Shown: positions 34,401 to 48,000 of the stretch, piece after piece
Numbering within the stretch: the first letter of the stretch is position 1
Layout of the letters: each line of letters starts with the position of its first letter
Origin: Amoebophrya sp. A120
Lineage: Eukaryota > Protista > Dinoflagellata
Reading direction: 5' to 3'
Assembly (NCBI GenBank): GCA_905178155.1
Contig: CAJINV010000010.1
Location: forward strand, 1,502,094-1,566,093
Length of the DNA stretch: 64,000 nt
Notes under the pieces: generated by a model
What the model was told of the DNA's origin: nothing
Seen by the model: the letters and a program-made list of their open reading frames with translations, nothing else
Databases searched by the model: none
Made by a program: the position numbers and the translations under genes

Positions 34401-37248
34401 AATCCGCTCACACCACAACGTGGCACTACTGTCTCGTGCCCCGTGCCAATGTCGCAATTCAAACTGATCAAGATAGCGGAAAGCTGCTGAAAAATAAAAA
34501 GGAGTGCTTTTTAGAGAGCACGACCCAGAGCAATGCAGCTCAGAACTACGCCACGAATGATCAGGAAGAAGACGACGACGTTGATGCAGCTCTCTCACTC
34601 GCGGTGGTAGTTGCTGCTCCGCCTTCGAAGCGGCGCAAGAAGGACAAAAGTGCGGAGGACAACAAGAAGCCAACATCAACAAAAACTGCAGAAACAAATT
34701 TGAGATTGAAGAGCGAGAAGGCGGATGGAACAAAAGCGAAAGCCAAGCAGGGTTCCTGCAAACCCAACTCGAAGAACAAAAACAACCGGAGCAAAACGTC
34801 CTCCGAACAAGAAGACAACAAGGATCTGAAAGCTGCTGCTGCTCTCGCCCCAACTTGTAGCTCCTCGTCTCCGAAGACCATGCAGTCATCTCCGTCTGCG
34901 GTCACCAAAATCGAGCACCCGCCGTTCCTGAGCGAGAAAGTGCAAGACCTGGTCAAGAAGATTTCGTTGCAGTACATAGGAAAGCCGTACGGACAGGAGC
35001 TTCAGACGCTGTTCCGAACCGCAGCGCAGTCATCAACTTCCACTGAAAAGCTGCTCCACGCTGCGGGTTGTCCTGGTGCTAGTACGACGGCGAACATCAC
35101 AATCTTCCCAAAGATGACATCAAGTGCTGAAAGTGACAACGAAAGGAGAAGCGAATTTTTCCGAAAAATCCTTGTTAACGGCTTGGAGTCAATGCGGAGC
35201 ATCGTGAGGCGTGCTAAGGCGCATGAACGATCGTCACAGCTGGCTCTGGCAGCAGCGGCAAAACAACGAGCCACTGCTTCTGCTGTTGCCGGAAAGAACA
35301 GAAAGGCCGATGGAGAACAATTGAAGATCGATGGAAATGACAAAGCAAAGAACACCACCGCAAAAGCGACGAAGCCGGCTAAGCAAAACAGGAAGAGCGC
35401 CACATCGAAATTGCAAGCGAAAAGAACAAGCACAAAAGATGCGAAGCAAAATAGTACGGCCCTCGTCAAGAAAACTGCGGTGAAAGGTAAATCTAATAAA
35501 ATCAGCACCACAACATCATCCTGTTCATCCACATCCACCTCTAATAAGAAAGCTGTGCTCGTCGTCGGCGTACCGACTCCCGCGAAGGCAGGCGTACAGG
35601 GGAAGAAGAACAAAATGAAATCTGTTGCCGTACCGCTAGCTGCCGTTCTGAAAGTCCCGGAGAGGAAAATGATGAAGAACGACTCATCGAACAGTGCATC
35701 CTCGTCGGCAGGAGGGGCGACGTCATCTTCCGCGAACAGCAGCAACAAGCCTGCTCCACCTCCCAATCCGGACTGTGTCAAGCTGAGCAACGTTCTGGCG
35801 ACGGCTCACGAGTTGCAACAAACCATCGTGCGAGATTTGGAGAGGACGCTTTCCACAATGTACGAGAGGGCTGCGCCCGTTGACTTCTGCTCCGCGGCCA
35901 ACGCTCTATTCACCGGAGCGGAGGAGGACCTCATCTGCGGCGGCTGCGACGCGAGCTGCGCGGACAAGCCCTGGGGCCGGGCCGGCTTTGCGGTGACCAA
36001 GTGCGCGCACCTGTTTTGCCGACCCTGCTTGCTCGAAAGCGTGAATCGCGAACAGAAGTGCCCGGAGTGCGGTGAAAGGCTGGACACGCTGCTGCCGCCG
36101 AATGTCTATGTCGGGCCGAAGACAACAGCTGGTGCTAGTACTTCAAGCTGGAACACAAAGATAAAAAATGGAGGTACTAGTCAAGCGGTACTACAGATGA
36201 GCCAGAATTTGGGGCGGGTGGCCAAGTCCAGCACGGGCGGAAACTCAACGAACGATGCAAAGTTGCTGGCCGTAAAGAAAGCGTCTGTGGTGGGATGGGC
36301 TTTGTCGGAGGGAAAACACACGAAAATCTGGGAAGATGACCCCGGACGATACGCTTCGCTCAGGAATAAGGTAAGACATGCTACGTTCGGTTTTGATTCA
36401 TGTCAAAGTATTTCATAGTCTTCGACGAGCTCTAGAATTATCGATGATCCTGAAGATCATCATCGTGTGTTTTTATTCGCCCCACAACAACGAGCGTAAG
36501 TACTCGGCAATGCAGTAGCAGTCGTGCTCCAGCAGCACAAATAAAGAGGACCGACCTGTGAACTAAAAAAATTTCGTTTCACCCTGCTCAGGTCAGCAAA
36601 GATTCCGACATGTTCTTGGTGCCGCCCCCGAGCGCCGCTAGGTTTCTTGTCGGAGAAACTGTCTCCACGACCTCTCTCCGTGGAGGTCCGTCTTACCACC
36701 ACTTTGGGTCCAAGATTCAGAAGATCTGCGACGTCCTGGTGCGCATCCGCGACGAGTCGCCCGAGGACAAGGTGATCGTGTTTGTCCAGTTCCCGAGCAT
36801 CCAGCAGAAGTTGGCCTCCGCGTTTGCCTACTACGATTTCAACTTCATGGAGCTCTGTGGCCCGGTGCACAAGCAGAACCGGATCATGAACTCGTTCAAG
36901 TTCGACGCCGTCTCGGAGTACGGGCCGAGCCCGGACATCTTGCTGCTAAACATGTCCACGGCGGCGAGCGGATCCGACCTCGTCCGCGCGTCCCACGTGC
37001 TCCTGGCCCACCCCTTTGTCGGGAAAACGCCGGAGGAGAGCGCCGCCTACGAAGAGCAAGCGGTCGGCCGCGTGCGGCGCATGGGACAGCCGAAAACCGC
37101 GGTCGAAGTGCACCGCTTTTACACCGCGGGCACCGTGGAAGAGCCGCTGCACCAAAGACACGTGGCTGGACAGGCTGGAAAAGGAAAGAATGGGGGGAAC
37201 GAGGCAAAGCAGCGCGGGGGGCGTGGTGCGTCGCTGGAGTGGATGTGA
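28441..37248 (+). CDS. Rad5/Rad16-like SNF2 helicase with RING finger (paralog 1). Introns ~31832-32055, ~32910-33070, 33227-33409, 36371-36591
   Basis: GGILADKVGFGKT, TLVLVPSHLIDQW, RRVVFDEYH, RWGMTGTP, RING CGGC..KCAHLFCRPC..CPEC, KVIVFVQF, YEEQAVGRVRRMGQ. Confidence 0.88.
31833..32051. mobile_element. Degenerate introner
   Basis: TATGGA...TCCATA; flanks CAGGA/CCCGA; removal gives DQWSQEVDKF. Confidence 0.75.
32911..33066. mobile_element. Degenerate introner
   Basis: TAT..GCAAAGTCTTGA / TCAAGATTTTGC..ATA; flanks CGCCG/TTCTT; frame restored by removing element+5. Confidence 0.75.
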
Positions 37249-39039
37249 GGTGCTGGTGTGAAGCCTTTCGGGGTTAGTTCCAGCAGGACCTTGACATCAA
37301 TGGAAATTCTAGGAAAAAAAAACAAGCATTTAGATAAATTTAGATTTGATACTCGAGTTGGAAAGGCGAAGGCGGAAAGCGTCGGCCTTTACTTCTGCTG
37401 TTGTTGGACTTTTTTATGCTAAAAATCGCGGCCGTGAATCTCGTCCTTGTGACATGATTCTTGCTGCAGTTAGGTTCAGGACTAGAACTGTAGTAGATCA
37501 CATCCAGGAATCTGAAATGCACAGAAGGGCGTTGACTCCAACAGAGTTTTTTTTCTCGATGTCGACGCTAAAGCTGCGCATTATAGTACTCGACACAAAA
37601 TAGAACTTGTTTGTGGTCTAGTAGGCCACGTCGACCACCGATTTTTTTTTTAATTATGGTACCCCTGATTCGTCTTGTTCGAAGAGCTTGTTTATCATTG
37701 TCGAAAGTGTTTGCGTGTGTAGCCTCTAATGCTCTACTAAAGCACACATGTGGAAAAAAATGAACTCTATTTGCTACAGTAAACCAGTACTTAAATGTCT
37801 GAACAGAGGCAGTAGATTGATGAAGTCCATGCTTTTTCCTTTCGTCATCTGAATCTGTGACGATTAGCATTTATCATTCTAGCTAGGCCGTTGTCCTAGT
37901 ACTAGATTAATTTTCAGTGATATGCTATCAGGGTCAGTTCTACCGCTGGAGCTTCAAAGGCTGCTAGTTTCTGTTTCTCTGCTTTATTCTCTTGCTGTCG
38001 AACTTACATTTTTGCTCCTCGTCTACTGTTGCTTTTCTTACCCCGCAACAGAGGAAGAATAGCAGTACCGTCATATTAACAGTAGAACTACAACGTCAGA
38101 CATCTACCAGTACTTTTTTTGCAGTACTCGGAATCGGATAGAAGCAAAAGGGTTGTCGCGGTGATGTTTTTCCTTGACATTTTGCAAAAAGTGAAAGCAG
38201 CTGGTGCTTCTCCCATTATTTTCGATGAGTTATTATTTGAACTACTTTTCTATTCGACAAGGTTTATAGAGTCGAATATCAAGGTACACTGTGCCTCAAA
38301 ACTCAATACGGCGGTCGCACACGAAATATTTTTTTCTGAGTCTCTGGACAGAAAAAGGACATCAAATTGAGTCTGGAAGAGGGTCTGATAGCAGAAAAAA
38401 GCCGTTTTCCTAGTGTGATTGTTTTCATCTGCTAGGTGCTCTAGGAGCGGGAAGATAAGCAGAGCAGGATGTCAAATGGAAATCGGGAAGAAATCCCTGC
38501 CCATTTGATGAAGATGAACTTGTCTTCCGTCATTGAAGTGGCGATTTTATTTTTCAATTATACACTTGTCACCTATTTTCATTTTGAGGGTCCGTGAGAG
38601 TTTGTCCTGAAGTCGAGTGCGCAAACCAACGCCGGAGGAAGAACATACATAGCATGTCGATGTTAGGAATCGAGTTGGAATTCCAACAAACTGTATAAGT
38701 AACTAACCATCATGGCATCGGTCGTTTCACACTTGTGTAGTTTCAATCAAGGTCGTGAGTTTTTTATGTGTTGGTTCTTGCTGACGTCGAGGAAGTTTGG
38801 ATGGAGGAGAGACGATTTCACAGTCTGCGTGTGAGTGGTTTTTCATTTTCGCATGTTTCCGTTTTTTTTTCTGCATTGTCTACATGGGAAACAAGAATGA
38901 TCGTTCTTCGAGCATTAATTCTGTCCGTTGATGACTATAGATTTTTGATAAAATTTAGTCTCTTTTCTAACGAGAAAAATCCTCAATTAGAATTACATTG
39001 CTTCGATGTATACAGAAAACAGTTTGATCTAAAGTCAGG

Positions 39040-42000
39040 ATGAATCCGAACAATTTCAATTTGCCCACGGGGAACGGTGGCACCCCAGGATTTGGTTCTT
39101 CAAGCTCAAGTAGTTCCTCTTCCGCGAACCTTCACGCTGGGGGACATCAGGTGGCCAACCACTCCGCATTCCTTGGCCAGCTTAGTCCGGCAGAGCAGCA
39201 GTTGTGGCATCAGCTCACCGCCATCCTCGCGAATCCGCAGGGACGCGGATTGATGGACCTGACACCGGCCCAAGCGCAACAGGTGTTGCAGAGCCCCACG
39301 CTTACGAACTGGTGGGCGCAGCAAGTGCAAGAAAATAGAAATACACCACCAGGAATGCAACTCCGCTATCAAGGACAACACCAGCAGCAGCTGACGCAGC
39401 AACAACAGCCTGCGTGGCAGAATTCCGCCGTCCAGCAACAGCAGTTTACGCAGCAGCAGCAACAAAGTCATGCTGTAGCGCAGATTGTACAACCCAAGTT
39501 TCAAGTCGGGCATAGAGTCGCGTTATTGTGGTCGAAATTTGGAGGTCAGTACAGAGTGCTGTTGAATTTTGTTCCGTGATCGCGGGCTCTTTTCCACGAA
39601 GGAAACGGATTCTTGATCTATGTATGCTACGGACCATCTACATTTTTGATTCGTAGAAGCTCTTCAAACTACAATGCTTCGTCATTCATTGAAAATGAGA
39701 CCTTCATCAACATAAAAAACCAGGCATGATACAAGACCGCACTAACGGAATCGTAGTCGAGGTTTTCGCAGCACCATCCGCATCACGAATTCCTGGCGAC
39801 GTCAAGTACTGCTACACGATTGAAAAATGTGAAGTGCCGTATTCCTACGACTTTACGCACAACTTCAACTCGGAGACCGCACTGGACAAAGTGCCACTGC
39901 TGACCCCGGTTCCGGAGGAAAAGTTGTCCCTGGCGCAGTTTCCGGGTTTTCCCCTTGCGGAGCAGTGCCGGCCAGGCACGGTGGGGTCCTTGAAGCAAGT
40001 TGCAAGCGGTAATGGCGGGAGCGTCGAAATACTGTGTCTGGTCTGCGGGCATTGGCGCTTGGCGCGAGTAACTACTTCAAACCAGCCGCACTTGGGATTC
40101 ACCCAGGCCCAGATTGTCGAGTCAATAACAACATCCAACGCCGCATTCTTTCAGTACCTGCCAAACCACGCCGCTTTTCCGAGTGCGATTTGGAAGCACG
40201 TGCCGTCGGTGCCCAAAGCAAAGTTCGCGGTGGGTGATAAAGTCTGTTTTCGCGGATACAACACGACCGACACAAGATTATGGAAAGGCCTCCAGCGCGG
40301 AATCGTTTGTCAAGTCGGGACAGCCAACACGAACACCCTCGACGCGTCAGCAGGTAAGTACGAGCGCAGTTACCAGGTTGAGGCTATCGAGACGAAGAAA
40401 ATAAAATCAGTCTGTTCTTTCAGAAAGCCCTTTCTGTCAGAAAGCACCGCCCTAAGCGGCGACTCCGATCTGTGTACCGCACCGGCGTCCTGGTCTGTTT
40501 CCGTGCTGGAGAGCGTGCTCTTCGAAGACAGTACATTTGGGGCCACATCATCAGACGATCTGCAGAGCGAGGGCAACACGGTCGGAGCACTACGGCAGCA
40601 GCTGGCAAGCTCATCTTCAGGATCATCTACGAGCTCAACCAATCTCGACCCGGGACTCACATCGTCGCGCATTAGTCCAGTGCTGGTGAGGATCACTGAC
40701 CCGGCCTCCCGTATGGAGATGAACTGTTCAACTTCGCCGTTGTTGGCCCAAGTTCTCCTTATCTTTGAATGTTGACATCAAATTGAAATTCGTGATATTT
40801 GCATTAGTGTCCTTGTATTGACCGCACATGGAAGAAATAGAAACTTCGCCCGCACTGTTTGTTGCCATAGACTCTAGTGACTTCGCCATGTTTTTATGTT
40901 TGGTTTCATTTGATAGGCAACCGCAACGGTGGATTTCTTTGGCGTGATAAATTCCAATACTAATCCGCCTTCTTGGCATGTCGCGTACCTGTGTGGCGTA
41001 TCTTCGCAGCTGAACAAATACCAGACCTGTTTTGAATTGCCGCACAAGCCAAATAAACCGGGCGCCGGTCCCGGCTGGACAAAAAGATACTTTGATCTAC
41101 CCAACGATACTCCGTTCCCCGGGCCTCTTGTGAAGGCCGTCCCGGAACCACAGCCGCCGCTTTTTGACGTCGGGCGGAAAGTTTGCTTTCGCCGGAGTTC
41201 TTGCAACACAAATCGCGAGGTCTCTACGAAGCGCACATCACATCCCGAGTACTTCGGTATAATCGACACCATAGTGCCGGAGGAAGCATCGCTTTCTGAC
41301 TGCCAGTTCACTGCTGATGGGACTCGGCGCAGCAGGGAGTACAGGGTAGTGCTTGTTGCTTATGAAGATCTCCGCTACAACGAGGAGAACGCGCTTCCTT
41401 ACTACCTACGGGTCCTCGAGGAAGATCTGCAGGCACATGATTTTCAGGGCTTCGATCGGCCGGAGCAGTGCGCTGGCGGCACTGTCGGGGCTCTTCGCTG
41501 GGCTGAACGCACGATCAGTACTACTCTTCCAGGGCACCGGACCCGCATCTTGATGAACTGGAATCGCGGCGGTCCCAGGAGCGGTGCTTCTCCCAACTGG
41601 CTCCCTGCGGAAGTCTGCCCGGAGTCTGCCCAGCCCTTTCGTACGCACACGAAGTTTTCGTCTTACCAGGGGAATCACACACAGTTCCTTCCGAACCACT
41701 ACCCCTTCCCACCAGCCGGCGACAAGAACAAGTGCAAATTGATGCTGCCGAAGTTCTCGTTTCCTGTCGGCGCTTTAGTCGAGTTTTTGAGCGACGACTC
41801 TGCGTCATGGCTCAAGGGCGAAGTTGTGTGCCATTGGCGGAACAACGAATTCCTGATGGTGATCGCGAGGGCAGACGGCCGCGGACAAGAGAAGAAATTG
41901 GCGAAAGGCGATGCTGGTCTCGAAGACGGGGTCCGGCCACTGTCCTCCGTTGTGTCGGCGGGTGCGTCAGCAACGACAGACCGGTTTGCCGTAGACGATT

Positions 42001-45000
42001 TCGGCAGGATGGAGAAAACAACTTCTTCGTCACCAAATTTCTCCAATCAAGCGCCAGCAGGAAAAGACGACGTAATGAAGGATAAGGAGGTGATAGAACA
42101 AAATCCATTCGGACCATCGCCGTGGATTGCAACTTCAGGGGCTGCTGCAGATCACGACATGCATGCGGACGCTCACCGATTAAAAATGGAGCCCCCGAAG
42201 ATGTTCTTGAAGTACGACCAACAGACCGATACCATGGTGATTGCCGAGTTTTCATTCGCGCACAAGACGCGACGGCGAGAACCATTTCAGCGCATTTTGC
42301 AAAGCGAAGAGGAAATCGGTGAGTATGTGAAGAACTTGCAGCGGGATAATTATGCGTTGCAGCAGCTCGCAAATGCACCACCAGAAGTTGTTGCTGTTTC
42401 ATCAGTTTCCGTGCCATCATCATCTTCTTCTGCCCTGCCATCTTCATCTTTGCCGATGGAAAATGAAATATCAGAAGCAGTGGCGACTACATTTGAGGAG
42501 TACGCCTCGATGGTCATGAACGGGCGGGCGAAACAAGCCAACTACACCAACGTCCCGTCATCTCATGACCCCAGCAGCAGCTTTCACTCTGTCTCCCTTG
42601 GGCACCGCCAGCACAACCAGGAGGAGCAAGGAAACAACTACGAGGAGCCTGCCTTGCCTTTGCGTCGCTACCCTGAACTGCCAGGAAAGCCGACGCGGAT
42701 GACTGTCAAGACGGCTCTGGCAAAAAACTCGAGCACTACGGTGCTGCGGAGGTTTCATAACCACCTCACCGCAGGGGCACCGCGCGAAGCCGCGCCAGAC
42801 GTGTTGGAAGGCGTAGAGCTCTGGATCGAGATTTCGGAGACAGGCTTCAAGCGCGTCGAGAAATTCCTCGCGAAAAACCTCAAGCCGGTCCTGGACGCGA
42901 TGGCGGAGAAGAGTTTCAGCAAAGCGGACAAAGTAGAGCAGAGATTGCGACTCCTCCCACTTGTTTCAAGTAACCGCAAAACGAAAGCTGCGCCCGCGGC
43001 AGTGAAGGCCGGCGAGCTTGTGGAAAAGATCGCAAACAACAACGAGCGAGCACGTATTGACCTCGAGATAAAGCGGCAAGGCGCAACCTTGTTCAACCAG
43101 CATTACAAACGACACCCACTCAAACCAGTTCCTCAGAACATGCTTGCCAAGCTGATGAAGCTACAACCAGCGTCGGCTAAAGAACGGCAACGGCTCGAGG
43201 ACCTCCTTCCTGCCGCACTGAGTACCAAGCTCGCCATCCCAAACAACGCGGATACGCCAGAAGCACCGGCGCCGAAGAAGTGGACGGCAGACCCATCGTT
43301 GCAACTCCGCCCGGAACAGAAGCAGGCGTTGGCCTGGATGATACAGAGGGAAAATTGTCCAGAGACATTCACTATCACCCAGAAAAAAGCCGTGGCGCCG
43401 AAGATTTTTAGCAGCTGCTACAGTACATGTACAACCAACAGCAGCACCAACGGCGGGTCCCCGGCAGCTGCGGGGCAATTTTTACTCGAGTTTGAACTGA
43501 CCTACCAGTACAATCTCAATGGCGGCATTTTGGCCGACAAGGTGGGCTTTGGCAAAACGGCCACCCTTCTGTCGCTGCTGGCAAGTCAGGAAGATCTGGC
43601 AATGGGGCGACAAGGAGGCTCCTCGGATGCGAGAAAGGGCAGGGACTTGAAGGAAAACGAAAAACAAGCGAAAATAACAAGCAAGCGGAAAACAAACAAC
43701 AACAAGAAGAAGAAGGAGCAGTCGGGGCTCATTGCACTACCAGACATGTTAGCAGAAGATGAAGATCAGAAACGCAAACGACCCGAGGACGATGCTGACC
43801 AACAAATGCACAACATCAATCATGACAACACTGCGCCATCCAGCCCGTCTCCCCATGACCTCATTGCCCGCGAGTCCAAGGCATTTTTCCCGGCCCCGAA
43901 AACAACACTGATTCTGGTCCCCAGCCACTTGATTGACCAGTGGTTATCCTGAGTAAAAACGACTCTATTTGCACACAAGATCAAGAAAAAAAGACGCTTA
44001 TTTCGCTGTGTAGTACAGGGTCAAGAAGATGATCATGTGGGTTTTTTTCCCGGTAGATGCAAAAAACAAAAAGATCTCCTAACAAGCTGATCATGAGCAT
44101 GACAAGTTTTGTACGTTGAACTACTCGTCTGTAAATTAATATTCGAGTCGTTGTTGTACGGGATAAATTTCCAAAGAAATCCAGAAATTCTGCACGAGTT
44201 ACAAGTGGTCAGTGCTTGTGATGAAGGACGTGCGGGGGATAACGACGCGGAGCGCAAAAGAGCTGGCAGGATATGACATCATCCTGTGTACGTTTCAGTG
44301 CCTGTACTCCTCCGTCTACGCCAAGCGCGTCCTGGACTTTCTGGACAAAGACGACACGGGTGGCCGGACGCTCGGCCCAAACGCGTCCTACAGTGTGCAG
44401 GACCTGCGAAAAGCAACCGCGGACTATATTCAAGCCTGGGATGATCATCAGCGCGGCAGTGCCAATGCTGCGGCGGGTGCCAATCCTGCTGCGGACCAAC
44501 TGAAAGCGACCCGCACGTCCTACTTCGAGTCGCGATTTTTCAAGGGCAGCGCAGGACTGACGCAGAACAAAATCAAGAGCTTGGTGCAGGGCAACGGTGG
44601 TCCAGAGGGGGTTTTGAAAAAATCGAAATCCGAAGACCTGCTGTTTCCGGTTTTCGAGCAGTTCTTCTTTCGCAGAATTGTCTATGACGAATTTCACGAA
44701 GCGGAATGCATCAAGGGAAAGACAGGAATTCTGATCGGGTTGAAAGCGGTTTCGAAGTGGGGACTTTATCAAGTGGAAGCGCAGTGGTTCGATGCAGTGT
44801 TTGCCTTAACCTCCAAAGCTTGGTGGCGAAGATCTACAACTCTTGTCTGGTGTTATAATGTCTTGACAAAGGGCTACGGCCATGGCGTATGTCTATGTAG
44901 TCATAGCTACCCCGCCCAAAATTCTACTCTTGTCTAGAAACGATGCGCATTATTTGCCTGAAGAACCTTGTTCATCATGACGCAGCCCCCTATCGTCCTG

Positions 45001-48000
45001 GCACGCTTCCTTTGGAGAGTAGGGCGAGGGCCACCACTTTTCCACTTGATACCCCAACTGGCACCCCCACGGTGGACTCGGTCCAGAATACCAAAATCAC
45101 TGCCGGGGTCTTCGGCATCGATATCATCGTCAACGGCCTCCAACCGGGCGCCGACTTTACAGAAAAGGGCCCACAGTTCGGCCACGGCAAGATGCCCCCT
45201 CCCGAAATCCGTGCAATTGAGGACAGGGACGAGAGGCTGCGAAAGACTGCGGAATGGAAGCAGGAGCAATGTTGGAGAGCATCAAGGGAAGGCGATCCGA
45301 GCAGAGTGTTGGCCCCGCCGTGTGTCTCTCGGGTGCTCCATATGGCGTTCTCAACTGTTCCATCCTCAACTGTTACATGGGTTTGTGATGCAAGAACTGC
45401 AACAGTAAATGTAAAAGTGAATGTGAAATAGGGGGCCTTGCGGTTCTTGCATGACAGATTTGGCAAAGATTCTCAGGCTCTTGGGCTCGTCGGAAATTTG
45501 TCATGCGAAGCAGCTTGATCGTGTCGATTCTGATTGCAATTCTGCGTGACAGAATGTAACAGTTGAGCACGCCATACTCCACGAAAACGCGCAGGGCTTC
45601 ATCAATGCCTGCATTCGGCAGAACTCCGAAAATGCGATGGTCTCCAGCATCAAGCAGGTACAACACGCAGTCTATGAGAGTGCACAACCCCGCCTCCCCC
45701 TCAGTGGCATGAACGGCAATACAAGCGTCCCCAAGACTGCCGGTCCTGCATGAAAAAATTGCATTGAAGCGCAGTGCGATTGATTTGGGCTGCCAGGAGG
45801 ACTTGTCGTCCAAACAGTGCCAAAAGGCACAGCCTGCATTTCTTTGAGGATATCTTGCATGACAAAATGTCAGTGCGGGTGCGAGCGGGGGGTTGTGCAC
45901 TTTCACAAGGTCGCAGTGGAATTCACAGCTGCCGAGCGGGCACTCTACGTCGCAACGGAGGCGCAGCTTTCAGCAAGAAACGGGATTGACGTTTCCGCCA
46001 GCCAACTCTCCGAACCTGTGCTCAACCGGTGCAGCCAATTGCTGCAGCGCTGCTCGCACTTCTCCGCAGGAACAAACGCCGCAAGCCCGGCTGAGGAGAT
46101 GAAGCGGCAGCACAAAACGACAAAAGCAGAGATCGCCGCGCAACTGGTAATTGCAAAAGCGGCTGTTGCGCAGCTAGAGCTGTTGCGCCGCGCGTGTGCA
46201 GGGGGACAGGTGGCAGGTCACGGCGGGAATGATAAAGCGGTGAATAGAGCAGGGGCTAGAGGGGCTCCGTCATCCTCCCTCTCGGCCGCACTAGTCGCGG
46301 CTCCTGTTCCTGGTCAGCTTGCCCGGGCAGTGAAAAGAACAACCAATAAAACAGCAACATCTTCAAAGTCATTCGCATCTTCCTTTTCGGTCCCAGCTAG
46401 TGGTAGCAATGTGGAGGTCTCTTTGATGAATATCAAATCCTCTTCCAAAGCAAAGGGCAAAGGAAAGCAAGCTGCGGCTGCGGAAGACAAAAGACAAAAT
46501 GCTGCAGAGAAACAACAAGATGAAGATCGTCCTGAAGACGATGAAGAGTTGAGTGAAGAAATATTAGTCCTCAGAATCGAACCAGCTGCCAAGAAGCGAA
46601 AGGGACAGGAGGGAAATGCCCTCCTTCCGGGCTCAAATACTGATGCAGGCAACTACAACAAGATGAAAAACAAAAGCACAAGTAGTACCGAAGGACAGAA
46701 CCATGATCAAGAAAACGAACCAACGCCACCCGGCGATCAAGCAATAAATCTCTTTGCTCGCCGCCCGATCACGAATGCAGCAGCAGCCTCTTCGCCCCTC
46801 GTTTCCTTCTTGACAACCCACTGCAGCTCCGTACAGGAAACCTTCGCCTCCTTCTTCGGACACACATCGGAGTGTTTGAAACTTGGCCAGGACCAGCTCT
46901 GGAAACTCCTCTACGAGCAGGTATGTGGCTACAAAGACGAGAAGCTCGCGTCGCTTGCCTTTCCGCCGGCGCTGGAAAGCGCAATGAACGCAGCGTACGG
47001 AGAGGATGCGGAGGTTTTCCAGACACGCAAAGAGTTTCTGGTTAAAACAAGCACGACTTCTGGCACAGCTGTTGTGGTGCAGCAAAATGTTGCGCAACTG
47101 CAACGACCAGCAGCACAACTACAGGATAAAGACGCGGCGAAGCAGCAGAACAAAAAAGTTCCTTCTTTGTTGGATTTAGCGACAGCTTCGGTCTCCAATG
47201 AACTACAGGAAGACATCAAACAGCAACCTTCGAATCGTGGAAACAAGAAGGCGGATCCAGCTACTACTCAAGCAAAAAATAACGGGAATAAAGCGGCGAA
47301 CATGAAGAAGATGAAGAAGGCTGTGGAAGAAGTTCCGAGTCCAGTGAGAGGCGGCGCAGGTGGGGCCTCTTCATCCCGAGCAGCAGAAATCGCTGATATT
47401 AAAAACACAACTACAAGCAAAACATCCAGTAAACAAGCGAAAAATGCCACACCGTTGCAATTGCTGACTAAGGAGCAGCTTTCTGTGTCTACCGAGATTG
47501 CCCAGGAGCTGAAGAACACCTTCGCAAAGATGCAGGACCACGCCCGATCCTACGATTTTCTTTCCACCGCGATGCATCTCTTCACTGCGCCAGACTCGGA
47601 AATTCGTTGTTCCGTTTGCAACACAGAAGTGAACCCGCTTCTCGCCGCCAAAATCCGCAGTAGTTTCGCCGTGGCGAAATGTGGGCATCTTTTCTGCAAA
47701 GCGTGCTTGAAGACGCGTGTGCAGAGTGAAAAAAAGTGCTGTCATCCAAACTGCCAGCAGCCGCTAGCCACACTGGAACCCCCGGATGTGTATTTCGGGC
47801 CAAAGAATGTGAACAGTGATGGCAGTGCGATAGTGGCCGCCGTTGCGGGAGATGATAACGAAGCTGGTGGTCGTGGTGAAGATTCGTCTCTCGCGTTCGG
47901 CGGTGGTAGTAGTTCGTCATCTTCCGAATCTTCATGTGATGAAGAGTTGGATGACCACGACGACAATAACAACCCTGCTCTTGCAAAAAAGCGGCGGCGC

